DNA of 34,943 nucleotides from Nemertoderma westbladi. Its lineage: Eukaryota; Animalia; Xenacoelomorpha. Positions 1 to 10,652 of the stretch are shown here, piece after piece; positions within the stretch are counted from its first letter, which is position 1; every line of letters starts with the position of its first letter. Made by a program: the position numbers and the translations under genes. Where the stretch lies: the NCBI GenBank assembly GCA_032718475.1, contig JAUCBJ010003591.1, forward strand, positions 1 through 34,943, given 5' to 3'. The notes under the pieces are model-generated. The model was given only the letters and a program-made list of their open reading frames with translations. It ran no database searches and had not been told where the DNA came from.

Positions 1-233
1 ACAACTCCATAATAAATTAAATATCCCGAAATAAATCTGTCTTTACTTGTTTTATAGGATATAGTCATATTTAAAGTTCAATTCTGCGAGTCTGTTACTA
101 TTAGACACATTTGGAATAATGTGTCCATTAAATTTAAGAAGTAAAATAATTTTTAACTGTAAATGCACTGCAATTGAACAATATAATAATATTACCAATA
201 AAATTAATAATGATACTGATATTTAATAAATTA

Positions 234-3012
234 TTAAACATAACTGTAGCTTATATTCTGCAGATTAGACTTTTCACTATATAAACCCCCACCGCACAAT
301 GTACGCTCAGGAAAAATAGTAACAGGTTCTAGTTTCAGTTTCGGGCTGTGCCTATTACCCGTGGTATTGGTGCCCCGTTTCCTATGCACTGTTTGTCGCG
401 GTGGCTTCACATGTAAATCACTACCCCCTTGGGTTTGGCGGCCATGAACGGTTTCCTTAGTAAAGAGTTTTCTCCAAGTCCTTAAGGTCTCTCTACTCCA
501 CAACCACACTGTGCAGGTGCACCCTGGTATAAGGGTCATAAAGGTCCGGAATAAATGAAACTGCAACAAAATAATTTTTGTTAATAATGAGTGTAAATAG
601 AGAACAAATTGCTTGAGAATAAATTCTACATTACTGTATTTTTGTTTGTTAGTCACGTGGAATCCAAACATTGAATCATATAAAAAAAATTCTTCTAGTT
701 TGTTTAATATAAACATTTCGGTTATTGAATAGTGATATTTTCGATCTTGGAGTTAATGTGCGTCCTTCCTTCCTTACAGGCAACTAAACAAAAAAAGTTA
801 TCATTGAAAGAATTTGGCTATGAGACTTAGGTTCTTACCTCATGGGGTATTTGGTCTTCACTCTCTGACACAAACTGATAGATGTAGCACACGAGGAGGC
901 TGCAAGATGGGATCATGTATAAAACACTGAATATGCCGATTCGTGCCATAAGTTGCTCGAATTCTACAATGCGTTTCCCGTTTCGTTTCAAAATTGTTCT
1001 AATTCTAAATACGGAAACAAATCCAGCAGTTAGTAAGGCAGTGCCGACAGAAAGTGATAAACTGAGCGGGATTATTAAAAAAAATAATAGATTATTCCGT
1101 GAGTGGACGATGAAACAGTTTCCTGCGAGAATATCACCATCGATGCGTTTACTCGCTAATGCGATAATGGTGCAAACACCTGGTACAGCCCAGCATACGG
1201 TGTGCAGATAGACACAGATCGAGTTGAGAGATTCTTTGGTCCACGAAGATGTCGATGAGAGAAACCAACACAGCGCGAGCGCAGCCCACCACATATGCGA
1301 CGCGAATCCGAAAAAAAAACCAACAATAAAATCCAACGTGCACGTGACCATGGAGTCCATCCCGCTGGATTGGAGAAGCGGTTTGTTTTCGTAGTCGACG
1401 CACGCGAGCCCGTTCGGTCCCGGAGTCAGCGCGGGGATCAGATAGGATGCCGAGTAGGCTGTATAGCAGATCGATATGAATACCACGGGTTTCTCTGGGT
1501 AGGGGAAGCTCGAATGGTTCAATGAGAACGTAATCACGGCTAGTAGACTAATTGCAAAGCATATCGCAGCCCAGATAAGGGTCCATACCGAAGCGAAGTT
1601 CCGTACTGATGGAGTGTAAGGCCAATCCTCCTGGCAAAGTGACACACAGACGTTAAGGCGGGATAGTAAGTGGTGGTGTGGGGCACACGGGGCTTGGGTG
1701 AGTGGATGGGTTTCCTCGTTACTGATTGGTTCCCCTCCGGTATAGGTTATTGGTTCGAGGTCGTTAGGTTGGATACACAATCCATTCGAGTTGCTAGGGA
1801 ATGTGGTGCAGTTGAATGGCCATGCAATACTATTTGCTACCATGATGGGTTCGCACGCTCCTTTTACCACCTGGAAAAAATACGCAAAACATAAGAATCA
1901 AACAATACTAGATCTGTACAATAGTAGTGGTTGTATGAAAAGTTAGTCACAATATAGTACGTCGAGTATATACTGGTCTAGGAGACCAGTATGTACTCGC
2001 CGTACTCGGACCAAATAAACAGAGACGCCCCCAAGTGAGAGTTTGGTTATGTAAAAAGTAAAATACAACCCTGGGCCGATGTTTTTCGATAGTACGAACA
2101 ACCCCATTCAAGAAATTAATTAAAATAATAAATCGACTTTGTGGAATAATACAATACCTACGGGGCCCACAACTTCCAAATTATTTTTAATTTATTGTTT
2201 GAAGTTCAGAATCGGTAGGAAATAGTTCGCATCACCATCAATGTTAGTTACAGGGATATGTCAAAATGTCATACTCCTGAATTTTGGACCAATGTAAGTC
2301 CCACACGGCTCACTATTAAATGTTAGATTAGATAGCTTACCAGGCAGAAATCCTTGCACGGGCCGATTTGTTGGTCGGCTTTGGGGTTACACATTGGTGC
2401 GTACAGCGAACACACGAACAAATTCAAGTGTTTATGGCAATTAACCGCAGTTAATGGGGCCCAATGCACTATTTGTGAGGCAGATTCAGCCTTCGAATTC
2501 TTTAGTATGGTGTTTGGGTACGACGTTAAATTATACCTAAAATCAATTGGGATAAGCATTTAAATTGTACCTAAAGTAAAATGGCGCCTGATTAAATTAT
2601 ACTTAAAATAAAAGGGTCTGAGGTTAAACAAAACATAAATTGCAGTTTATTTTATTATAGTATTTTTCTTATACGATCTAATTTTAAATTTGATGAATTA
2701 ATTAAATAATCTGAAAGCAAATTAATTTATACTAATTCAATGTTTTTCCTTTTACCATTTAAGCAAGAATCAAACACTGACAGGTATATGATAGGATAGG
2801 GTAGTAGCTAAGTACAATTATTAGTATACTATTAATCAATACTATAATATATAATTAGTATTAGTACATAATTACTATACTAACTCTACATCAAGGCATG
2901 TGCTTATTTCAATCGGCTCGCATTTAGAGTTGTGTTGTGTAACCATTGCCATGGTGAGAGCGATTTGGAACACCAAGATGAAACCGACGCAAATATTTCC
3001 AAATATTTCCAT
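234..3012 (-). CDS. fzd: Frizzled-family Wnt receptor, 4 exons (3012-2885, 2536-2341, 1870-839, 560-234), ~560 aa
   Basis: Manual splicing at GT-AG sites gives a continuous 1683-nt frame. It encodes a signal peptide (MEIFGNICVGFILVFQIALTMA), a CRD (CEPIEISTCLDVEYNLTSYPN...FVCSLYAPMC...PCKDFC...C), a 7TM region (FPYPEKPVVF, WWAALALCWF, DGDILAGNC, LMARIGIFSVLY), a WSRETLRTW tail motif and a C-terminal SYV. Subfamily not determined. Confidence 0.93.
1956..2006. repeat. 24-bp inverted repeat (hairpin) in frizzled intron 2
   Basis: agtacgtcgagtatatactggtct-agg-agaccagtatgtactcgccgtact; 2 mismatches, 3-nt loop. Confidence 0.8.
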
Positions 3013-3199
3013 TTTTCCTTAGATAATGAAGCCGAACAACACAAGCCTCAACGTTAATTATATTTCCATATGATAAGTCCAATAAATATTACTATTTTCG
3101 CCATTAACTACATAACTAAATTGTACAACATGTATAAAAATATGTAAATATAATGGTTGATTAAACATTAAAAATAAAATACCCACGGGACACGGGCTA

Positions 3200-3290
3200 G
3201 GCTAAGAATACTCACGGGCTAAGAATACTTACGTATACTAAGAATACTCACGGCTGCACGGGGTAAGATGCTAAGAATACTCATAGGCTA
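3200..3290. repeat. Short degenerate tandem repeat (gctaagaatactcacgg-like, ~4 copies)
   Basis: ctaagaatact recurs at ~3202, 3219, 3238 and 3271. Confidence 0.7.
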
Positions 3291-3809
3291 AAAGTAATGC
3301 AGTCTACAATATGGAGAGCAAGAAATTATTGGAGTGGAGAACAACTACTAGAAATTCTACAGTACCTAACGCTACAAGCTGACATAATGTGATGCCATCC
3401 CAGCAGTGGCAATCTTAAGTAACATGTGGTTTTATCTGGTTTTATATTTAACGCCGTCGGCATTTTACCTTGATCTACGTTTAATACGATATCGGTTTAA
3501 TCTATATATATAAGGGTCAAATACACAATGTTCACGTATATTTTACAAACACACGATATATATGCGACGAGTCCCATATATCCACTCAGGTTAAAGTGGA
3601 TTAAATTTGGCCGACGTTAAAATAAGTAAAGGTAAGTTACTGTTTGTATTATTATCGTGGCTATTATAGCGGAACTTAGAAGTTTGGGGTGAGTAGATAA
3701 GATTAGCGTATATTAGATTCACAACCAAAGGTGATAACGGTCTGTGTTTTGATTTTTATTTACCGCAACTCGCTGACTCAATATGAAGTTATTTGTTTTT
3801 AATATTATG

Positions 3810-4008
3810 TTGGATAGTATGCAGTACTGATATTATGTTTCTTTGATAATAATATATTAACATCGATTGACGCGTTTTCAATATTTCTAGGTCATGAGAT
3901 CAGCCTATTTGGATAGTATGCAGTATGATATTATGTTTCTTTGATAATAATATATTGACATCGATTGACGAGCTTTCAATATTTCTAGGTCATGAGATCA
4001 GCCTATTT
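3810..4008. repeat. ~99-bp tandem duplication
   Basis: tggatagtatgcagta...gtcatgagatcagcctattt occurs twice head-to-tail with few differences. Confidence 0.9.
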
Positions 4009-4084
4009 TTCCTACTATGAACTATGGCCCAAGTGAGTGAAGTATACCAGACTTTCTGCCGTTATATTTCACTTTGCAGTTACC

Positions 4085-4306
4085 CCCATGTGAAGAATAC
4101 CAGGTTTTCACCAAAAATACAGGTTACAGAAGGGCTGAATCTAACCAAAACAATAAACAAATTAGTATATGTACAGGTTATAAGACAGAAATAAGCGCTA
4201 TAAAACACTTAATAAAGATAAATTAAAGAAAATATAAAATCTTCATATATAAAATTCCAATAAAAAGTCGACCGAAAAGTGAAATCCTGGTATTCTATCA
4301 CATGGG
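4085..4306. mobile_element. Probable MITE (~220 bp) with ~28-bp imperfect terminal inverted repeats
   Basis: Left end cccatgtga-agaataccaggttttcac vs reverse complement of right end cccatgtgatagaataccaggatttcac; AT-rich interior; no clear TSD. Confidence 0.6.
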
Positions 4307-5554
4307 CGCTTTTAAAATTGGGAGATCTTGTGTACAAGTTTATAAGCTTTTTTTATAAGCAAATTTTTGTTTAATTAAAGCTATATAATATACATAAAGG
4401 TAACGTGCTCATTAATCTTACTTATTGTAATCATACTTTTGTTGTTTTGATTAAAACACCCCGGGTTTGTAATGTAACAACCTGCTCCTTTAAATATAAT
4501 TCAATATAATTTCCAATAGATGCAATATAAGAATAATAATTAATGATGTACAGTAATTACGCACGATTGATTTGATCTGTAGATATTTTTCTGTACGCGA
4601 TATATAAGAATTTGCACTTAGTAAAGTAAGTAAACAAAATAGCCTTGTCTGACAAGGTACGTAGCTAGTTAGTACGTTTACGTACCTCTAACAGTTGTAA
4701 CACAAACCAAAGTTAGGAGCTAAAGTTAGATAACACACATAACACAAACAATATTATTATGCAAAAGTAACAGTACGATTATCAGATTATAAGATTACAT
4801 TATAAACTTATTGAAGAAAATTTAAGTTAACTGTTCAAACCAAGACACTGCGGGAAACACAAACTATATAACGTACTATATAGGGCTACACCATTGGTTT
4901 AATGGGCAATACACCTGGTGTGTGTTGTGTGTGTGTGTTATAAAGCCAGCCAACTTCCCATGAATGTCGCCTTGTTGTTAAACCAAGCGGCGCTATTTCA
5001 TTACAAACGAATGTTAAAAGGGGAATGCCGCCCCTGTAAAAGTTTTATGGTTGCTGGTTTTATGTGTACTAGTTCCCCTCTGCGGGTATTCCTATATAGA
5101 AATATTAGTTTCTTTTACTTCAAAGGGCTGTTGGATTGAAGTTAGATGTCCTGTAATATAGTCTGCACTATAAACTTATTTAATACACATGAGTGCGTAC
5201 TGGTAGTCTGTCTATATATTATCTATAAGTTAAATTTTAGTCATCACATTTATGAAATTTAAACAACAACTATTAATTGGATTTTATGATTGTGCTTCGA
5301 ACCGGAATCAATCAATATAACATCATAGAAAATGTTGAATGTATAGGAAGAATAATAATTAAAAATAAAGGACATAAGATGATTTTATACTAGACTTTTT
5401 AGATTTTGTACTAAGAAATTTGGTGCTACCACCAAAATTTGCCATATTACGCAGAGAAAAACGCGTTGAAATGATATTGAGCATTGTAAATGTTATTATT
5501 TCATAAACAATTTCATTATTCCATTAGAATCAGCGCCCCAGAAAACGGGTGTAA

Positions 5555-8500
5555 ACGCTACGCCTACAGCTACGACTTCGCCTACACCTACGTCTACACC
5601 TACACCTACGCCTACACCTACACCTACACCTACACCTACACCTACACCTACACCTACACCTACACCTACACCTACACCTACACCTACACCTACACCTACA
5701 CCTACACCTACACCTACGCCTACACCTACGCATACGCCTACACCTACACCTACACCTACACCTACACCTACACCTACACCTACACCTCACCTACACCTAC
5801 ACCTACACCTACACCCTACACCTACACCTACACCTACACCTACCACCTACGCTACGCCTACACCTACACCTACACCTACACCCTACACCTACACCTACAC
5901 CTACACCTACACCTACACCTACACCTACACCTACACCTACACCTACACCTACACCTACACCTACACCTACACCTACACCTACACCTACACCTACACCTAC
6001 ACCTACACCTACACCTACACCTACACCTACACCTACACCTACACCTACACCTACACCTACACCTACACCTACACCTACACCTACACCTACACCTACACCT
6101 ACACCTACACCTACACCTACACCTACACCTACACCTACACCTACACCTACACCTACACCTACACCTACACCTACACCTACACCTACACCTACACCTACAC
6201 CTACACCTACACCTACACCTACACCTACACCTACACCTACACCTACACCTACACCTACACCTACACCTACACCTACACCTACACCTACACCTACACCTAC
6301 ACCTACACCTACACCTACACCTACACCTACACCTACACCTACACCTACACCTACACCTACACCTACACCTACACCTACACCTACACCTACACCTACACCT
6401 ACACCTACACCTACACCTACACCTACACCTACACCTACACCTACACCTACACCTACACCTACACCTACACCTACACCTACACCTACACCTACACCTACAC
6501 CTACACCTACACCTACACCTACACCTACACCTACACCTACACCTACACCTACACCTACACCTACACCTACACCTACACCTACACCTACACCTACACCTAC
6601 ACCTACACCTACACCTACACCTACACCTACACCTACACCTACACCTACACCTACACCTACACCTACACCTACACCTACACCTACACCTACACCTACACCT
6701 ACACCTACACCTACACCTACACCTACACCTACACCTACACCTACACCTACACCTACACCTACACCTACACCTACACCTACACCTACACCTACACCTACAC
6801 CTACACCTACACCTACACCTACACCTACACCTACACCTACACCTACACCTACTCACCTACACCTACACCTACACCTACACCTACACCTACACCTACACCT
6901 ACACCTACACCTACACATACACCTACACATACACATACACCTACACCTACACCTACACCTACACCTACACCTACACCTACACCCACACCCACACCCACAC
7001 CCACACCCACACCCACACCCACACCTACACCTACACCTACACCTACACCTACACCTACACCTACACCTACACCTACACCTACACCTACACCTACACCTAC
7101 ACCTACACCCACACCCACACCCACACCCACACCCACACCCACACCCACACCCACACCCACACCCACACCTACACCTACACCTACACCTACACCTACACTT
7201 ACTTCACCTACACCTACACCTACACCTACACCTACACCTACACCTACACCTAAACCTACACCTACACCTACACCTACACCTACACCTACACCTACACCTA
7301 CACCTACACCTACACCTACACCTACACCTACACCTACAACTACACCTACACCTACACCTACACCTACACCTACAACTACACCTACACCTACACCTACACC
7401 TACACCTACACCTACACCTACACCTACACCTACACCTACACCTACACCTACACCTACACCTACACTTACTTCACCTACACCTACACCTACACCTACACCT
7501 ACACCTAAACCTACACCTACACCTACACCTACACCTACACCTACACCTACACCTACACCTACACCTACACTTACTTCACCTACACTTACTTCACCTACAC
7601 CTACACCTACACCTACACCTACACCTACACATACACCTACACATACACCTACACATACACCTACACCTACACCTACACCTACACCTACACCCACACCCAC
7701 ACCCACACCCACACCCACACCCACACCCACACCTACACCTACACCTACACCTACACCTACACCTACACCTACACCTACACCTACACCTACACCTACACCT
7801 ACACCTACACCTACACCTACACCTACACCTACACCTACACCTACACCTACACCTACTCCTACTCCTACACCTACACCTACACCTACACCTACACCTACAC
7901 CTACACCTACACCTACACCTACACCTAAACCTACACCTAGACCTAGACCCACACCCACACCCACACCCACACCCACACCTACACCTACACCTACACCTAC
8001 ACCTACACCTACACCTACACCTACACCTACACCTACACCTACACCTACACCTACACCTACACCTACACCTACACCTACACCTACACCTACTCCTACTCCT
8101 ACACCTACACCTACACCTACACCTACACCTACACCTACACCTACACCTACACCTACACCTACACCTACACCTACACCTACACCTAAACCTACACCTAGAC
8201 CTAGACCTACACCTACACCTACACCTACACCTACACCTACACCTACACCTACACCTACACTTACTTCACCTACACCTACACCTACACCTACACCTACACC
8301 TACACCTACACCTACACCTACACCTACACCTACACCTACACCTACACCTACACCTACACCTACACCTACACCTACACCTACACCTACACCTACACCTACA
8401 CATACACCTACACCTACACCTACACCTACACCTACACCTACACCTACACCTACACCTACACCTACACCTACACCTACACCTACACCTACACCTACACCTA

Positions 8501-8697
8501 CACCTACACCTACACCTACACCTACACCTACACCTACACCTACACCTACACCTACATCTACACCTACACCTACACCTACACCTACACCTACACCTACACC
8601 TACACCTACACCTACACCTACACCTACACCTACACCTACACCTACACCTACACCTACACCTACACCTACACCTACACCTAGGCCTACGCCTACGCCT
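5555..8697. repeat. Hexamer microsatellite array 1, mainly (CCTACA)n
   Basis: ~3.1 kb of acacct with variants (acgcct, acaccc, acacat, aaacct, agacct, actcct, cacttacttcacc). Confidence 0.99.
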
Positions 8698-8876
8698 AAG
8701 GAAGTACTAAAGTTGCTAGGTGCTAAAGGTACTAAAGGAAGTACTAAAGAACGTACAAAAGGAAGTTTAGTACATATAAAAATAAAAGGAAATTTGGTAC
8801 ATAAGGAAGTTGGGTACATGAGGAAGTTTGGTACATAAGGAAGTTTGGTACATAAGGAAGTTTGGTACAAAAGGAA
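8698..8876. repeat. Satellite spacer copy 1, left part (18-bp aggaagtttggtacata subrepeats); continues at 20661-20728 after the LTR element
   Basis: Near-identical to 21962-22190; rejoining across the AGGAA TSD restores the sequence seen in copy 2. Confidence 0.92.
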
Positions 8877-10487
8877 TGTTGCCGTTATCCCAACACCAGG
8901 GGGGAAAAACGCCGATGCTGGAGACGTGACTTTACAGACCACTGAGCCCCGGCCAGTCACCGGATATTGATTTTGGAGAAGGAATGATTTCTGAGATGCA
9001 GGGTTGCGGTTGAGAAAAAGCTGCATTAGTTGGATATACTCTTTAATGTAACTGAACTCTGTTGAACCTTGTCAACAATATTGAACCCTGATTAAGAATA
9101 ATTTTGGGCTTCCCCAAATCAATATACACCAAATATTCACAATAATTATACACGATAATATAAATCCCTACGGTATATTATTTAATTACCCACTGTTCGC
9201 TCAGAATTTTAGCCTACCTAATGTTCCCCAGATTTTCCCTCGGTCCCAGTCTTAGTGCCGTAGTGTCGGTGTCGGTCGACCCTGTCGCGTGTCCGTTCCA
9301 CCCCTCACGAACCCCGAAGGGAACGATCATCGAGAACCAGCACGGCTTGGCTAAGGATCGGTCCAGTCGGTAGACTCTGTCGCGTATCCGTACCACCCCT
9401 CTCGAACCCCGAAGGGTTCGGTCATCGAGAACCAGTACGGCTTGGCTAGGAGTCTGTCGTGTCGGTGGACCCGTTCGCGTGTCCGTTCCACCCCTCACGA
9501 ACCCCGAAGGGTTCGATCATCGAGAACCAGAACGGCTTGGCTAAGGGTCCGTCAGTTCATCACAGAAACCCAACCACCTAGGCTTTCCGAGTCCGTTTCA
9601 GGCTCGTAGTCGCTTCGGCAGCCGAGAAACTGCTCCGAACAGTCGGTAGGCCAGTAGAGTCTAGTCGAGTCTAGTCCTTTGTCTTTCGACCCCATCGCGT
9701 GTCCGTTCCACCCCTCACGAACCCCGAAGGGAACGATCATCGAGAACCAGTACGGCTTGGCTAAGGGGTCTGTCGTCGGTTCCCGTCGCAAATCCCAGTA
9801 CAAGCAGTCAGCGTTCCGAGTTCTTTTCAGTCTCGTAGTAGCTGCCGTTGACCAGAGACCGCTAAGGGCAGTTCTCGTCAAACCCGTCCTGTGGCCAGCC
9901 CTTTCGCATGTCCTGTCCCACCCCTCACGAACCCCGAAGGGATCGGTCATCGAGAACCAGTACGGCTTAGGTCAGGGGGCAGTCGTTAGTTGGCCACCCG
10001 TTCGCGTGTCCGCTCCACCCCTCACGAACCCCAAAGGGAACGATCATCGAGAACCAGAACGGCTTGGCTACTAAGGGGCCGTCGGTGCCCGTCGCAAATC
10101 CCTGACACAAGCAGTCAGCGGTCCGAGTTCTTTTCAGTCTCGTAATGGCTGCTGTTGGCCAGGGACTAAGCGGTCAGTCCTTGTCCTTTAGGCCTGGCGC
10201 ATTACCAAATCCACCCCTACAGGCAGCAGGAAGTTGGCCAGGGCCTAATAGTACTCAGGCTAACCTGAATACTGCTTGCATTTTCCATCCCCCCCTGGCC
10301 CTTATAACTATGAAATTATTCCCGTACCCTGTAAGTTGCCCCAAAGTTCGCCCATAAATCGCCCCCAGTTTATTGAATGTGCCCAAAACCCATGGTCCCG
10401 CACCCAGTAGTAATATCGGAATAATCAATTTTAAATAAATACAAAAATATTCAACTCGCGTTATGGAAAGTTGAAATACCGCGAACA
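8877..10487 (-). repeat. 3' LTR (1611 bp)
   Basis: Matches 19050-20660 with roughly a dozen differences counted by eye; minus strand begins TGTTCGCGG and ends CGGCAACA. Confidence 0.96.
9278..10082 (-). ncRNA. Array of six ~70-95-nt structured repeats in the LTR (K-turn + C(UUCG)G hairpin); same array at ~19451-20254
   Basis: Conserved cores start at ~9285, 9380, 9475, 9695, 9904 and 10002; compensatory changes in outer and middle stems. The repeat is certain; its RNA function is inferred. Confidence 0.6.
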
Positions 10488-10496
10488 GTCCCCCCC
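10488..10496 (-). other. Polypurine tract
   Basis: Minus strand GGGGGGGAC immediately precedes the TGTT start of the 3' LTR. Confidence 0.8.
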
Positions 10497-10652
10497 AATG
10501 ACCTTCGTGAAGTCTGTCGGTCGATTGAGTTTGCGTAGGTCATTCCCAATATAAAAAACCCAAATTTAATATTGCATAGTTTTTAATTAATTTGGCCTAG
10601 AGTTTGTATAAAAATAAATGTTCGATAAATGTTCCTGGAATATCCCGATCCA

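Noticed and set aside
561-716. N-terminal part of the 160-aa ORF 234..716
   Set aside because: Intronic; the frizzled exon starts at the AG acceptor at 560
5555-8697. True telomeric array
   Set aside because: Interstitial, flanked by a gene and spacers, and the unit is not a telomere repeat I recognise
5490-9026. Long ORFs of poly-LH, YT, RC and VG
   Set aside because: Translations of the stop-free hexamer microsatellite; no coding evidence
9285-10070. CRISPR-like repeat/spacer appearance
   Set aside because: Eukaryotic LTR context, ~70-bp repeats, spacers of 23-150 bp that partly resemble each other and pair as stems, no cas genes
9285-10070. H/ACA guide RNA interpretation (K-turn hairpin followed by ACA/AUA)
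   Set aside because: The internal loop above the stem is too small for a pseudouridylation pocket, and the ACA lies inside a larger hairpin
9587-10144. Hammerhead ribozyme in the CTGAAA-containing motif
   Set aside because: No CUGANGA core with the required three-stem arrangement was found
9214-10357. Short ORFs within the LTRs (and copies at 18888-20344)
   Set aside because: Arise from GC-rich repeats; several differ in frame between the two LTRs; no recognisable motifs
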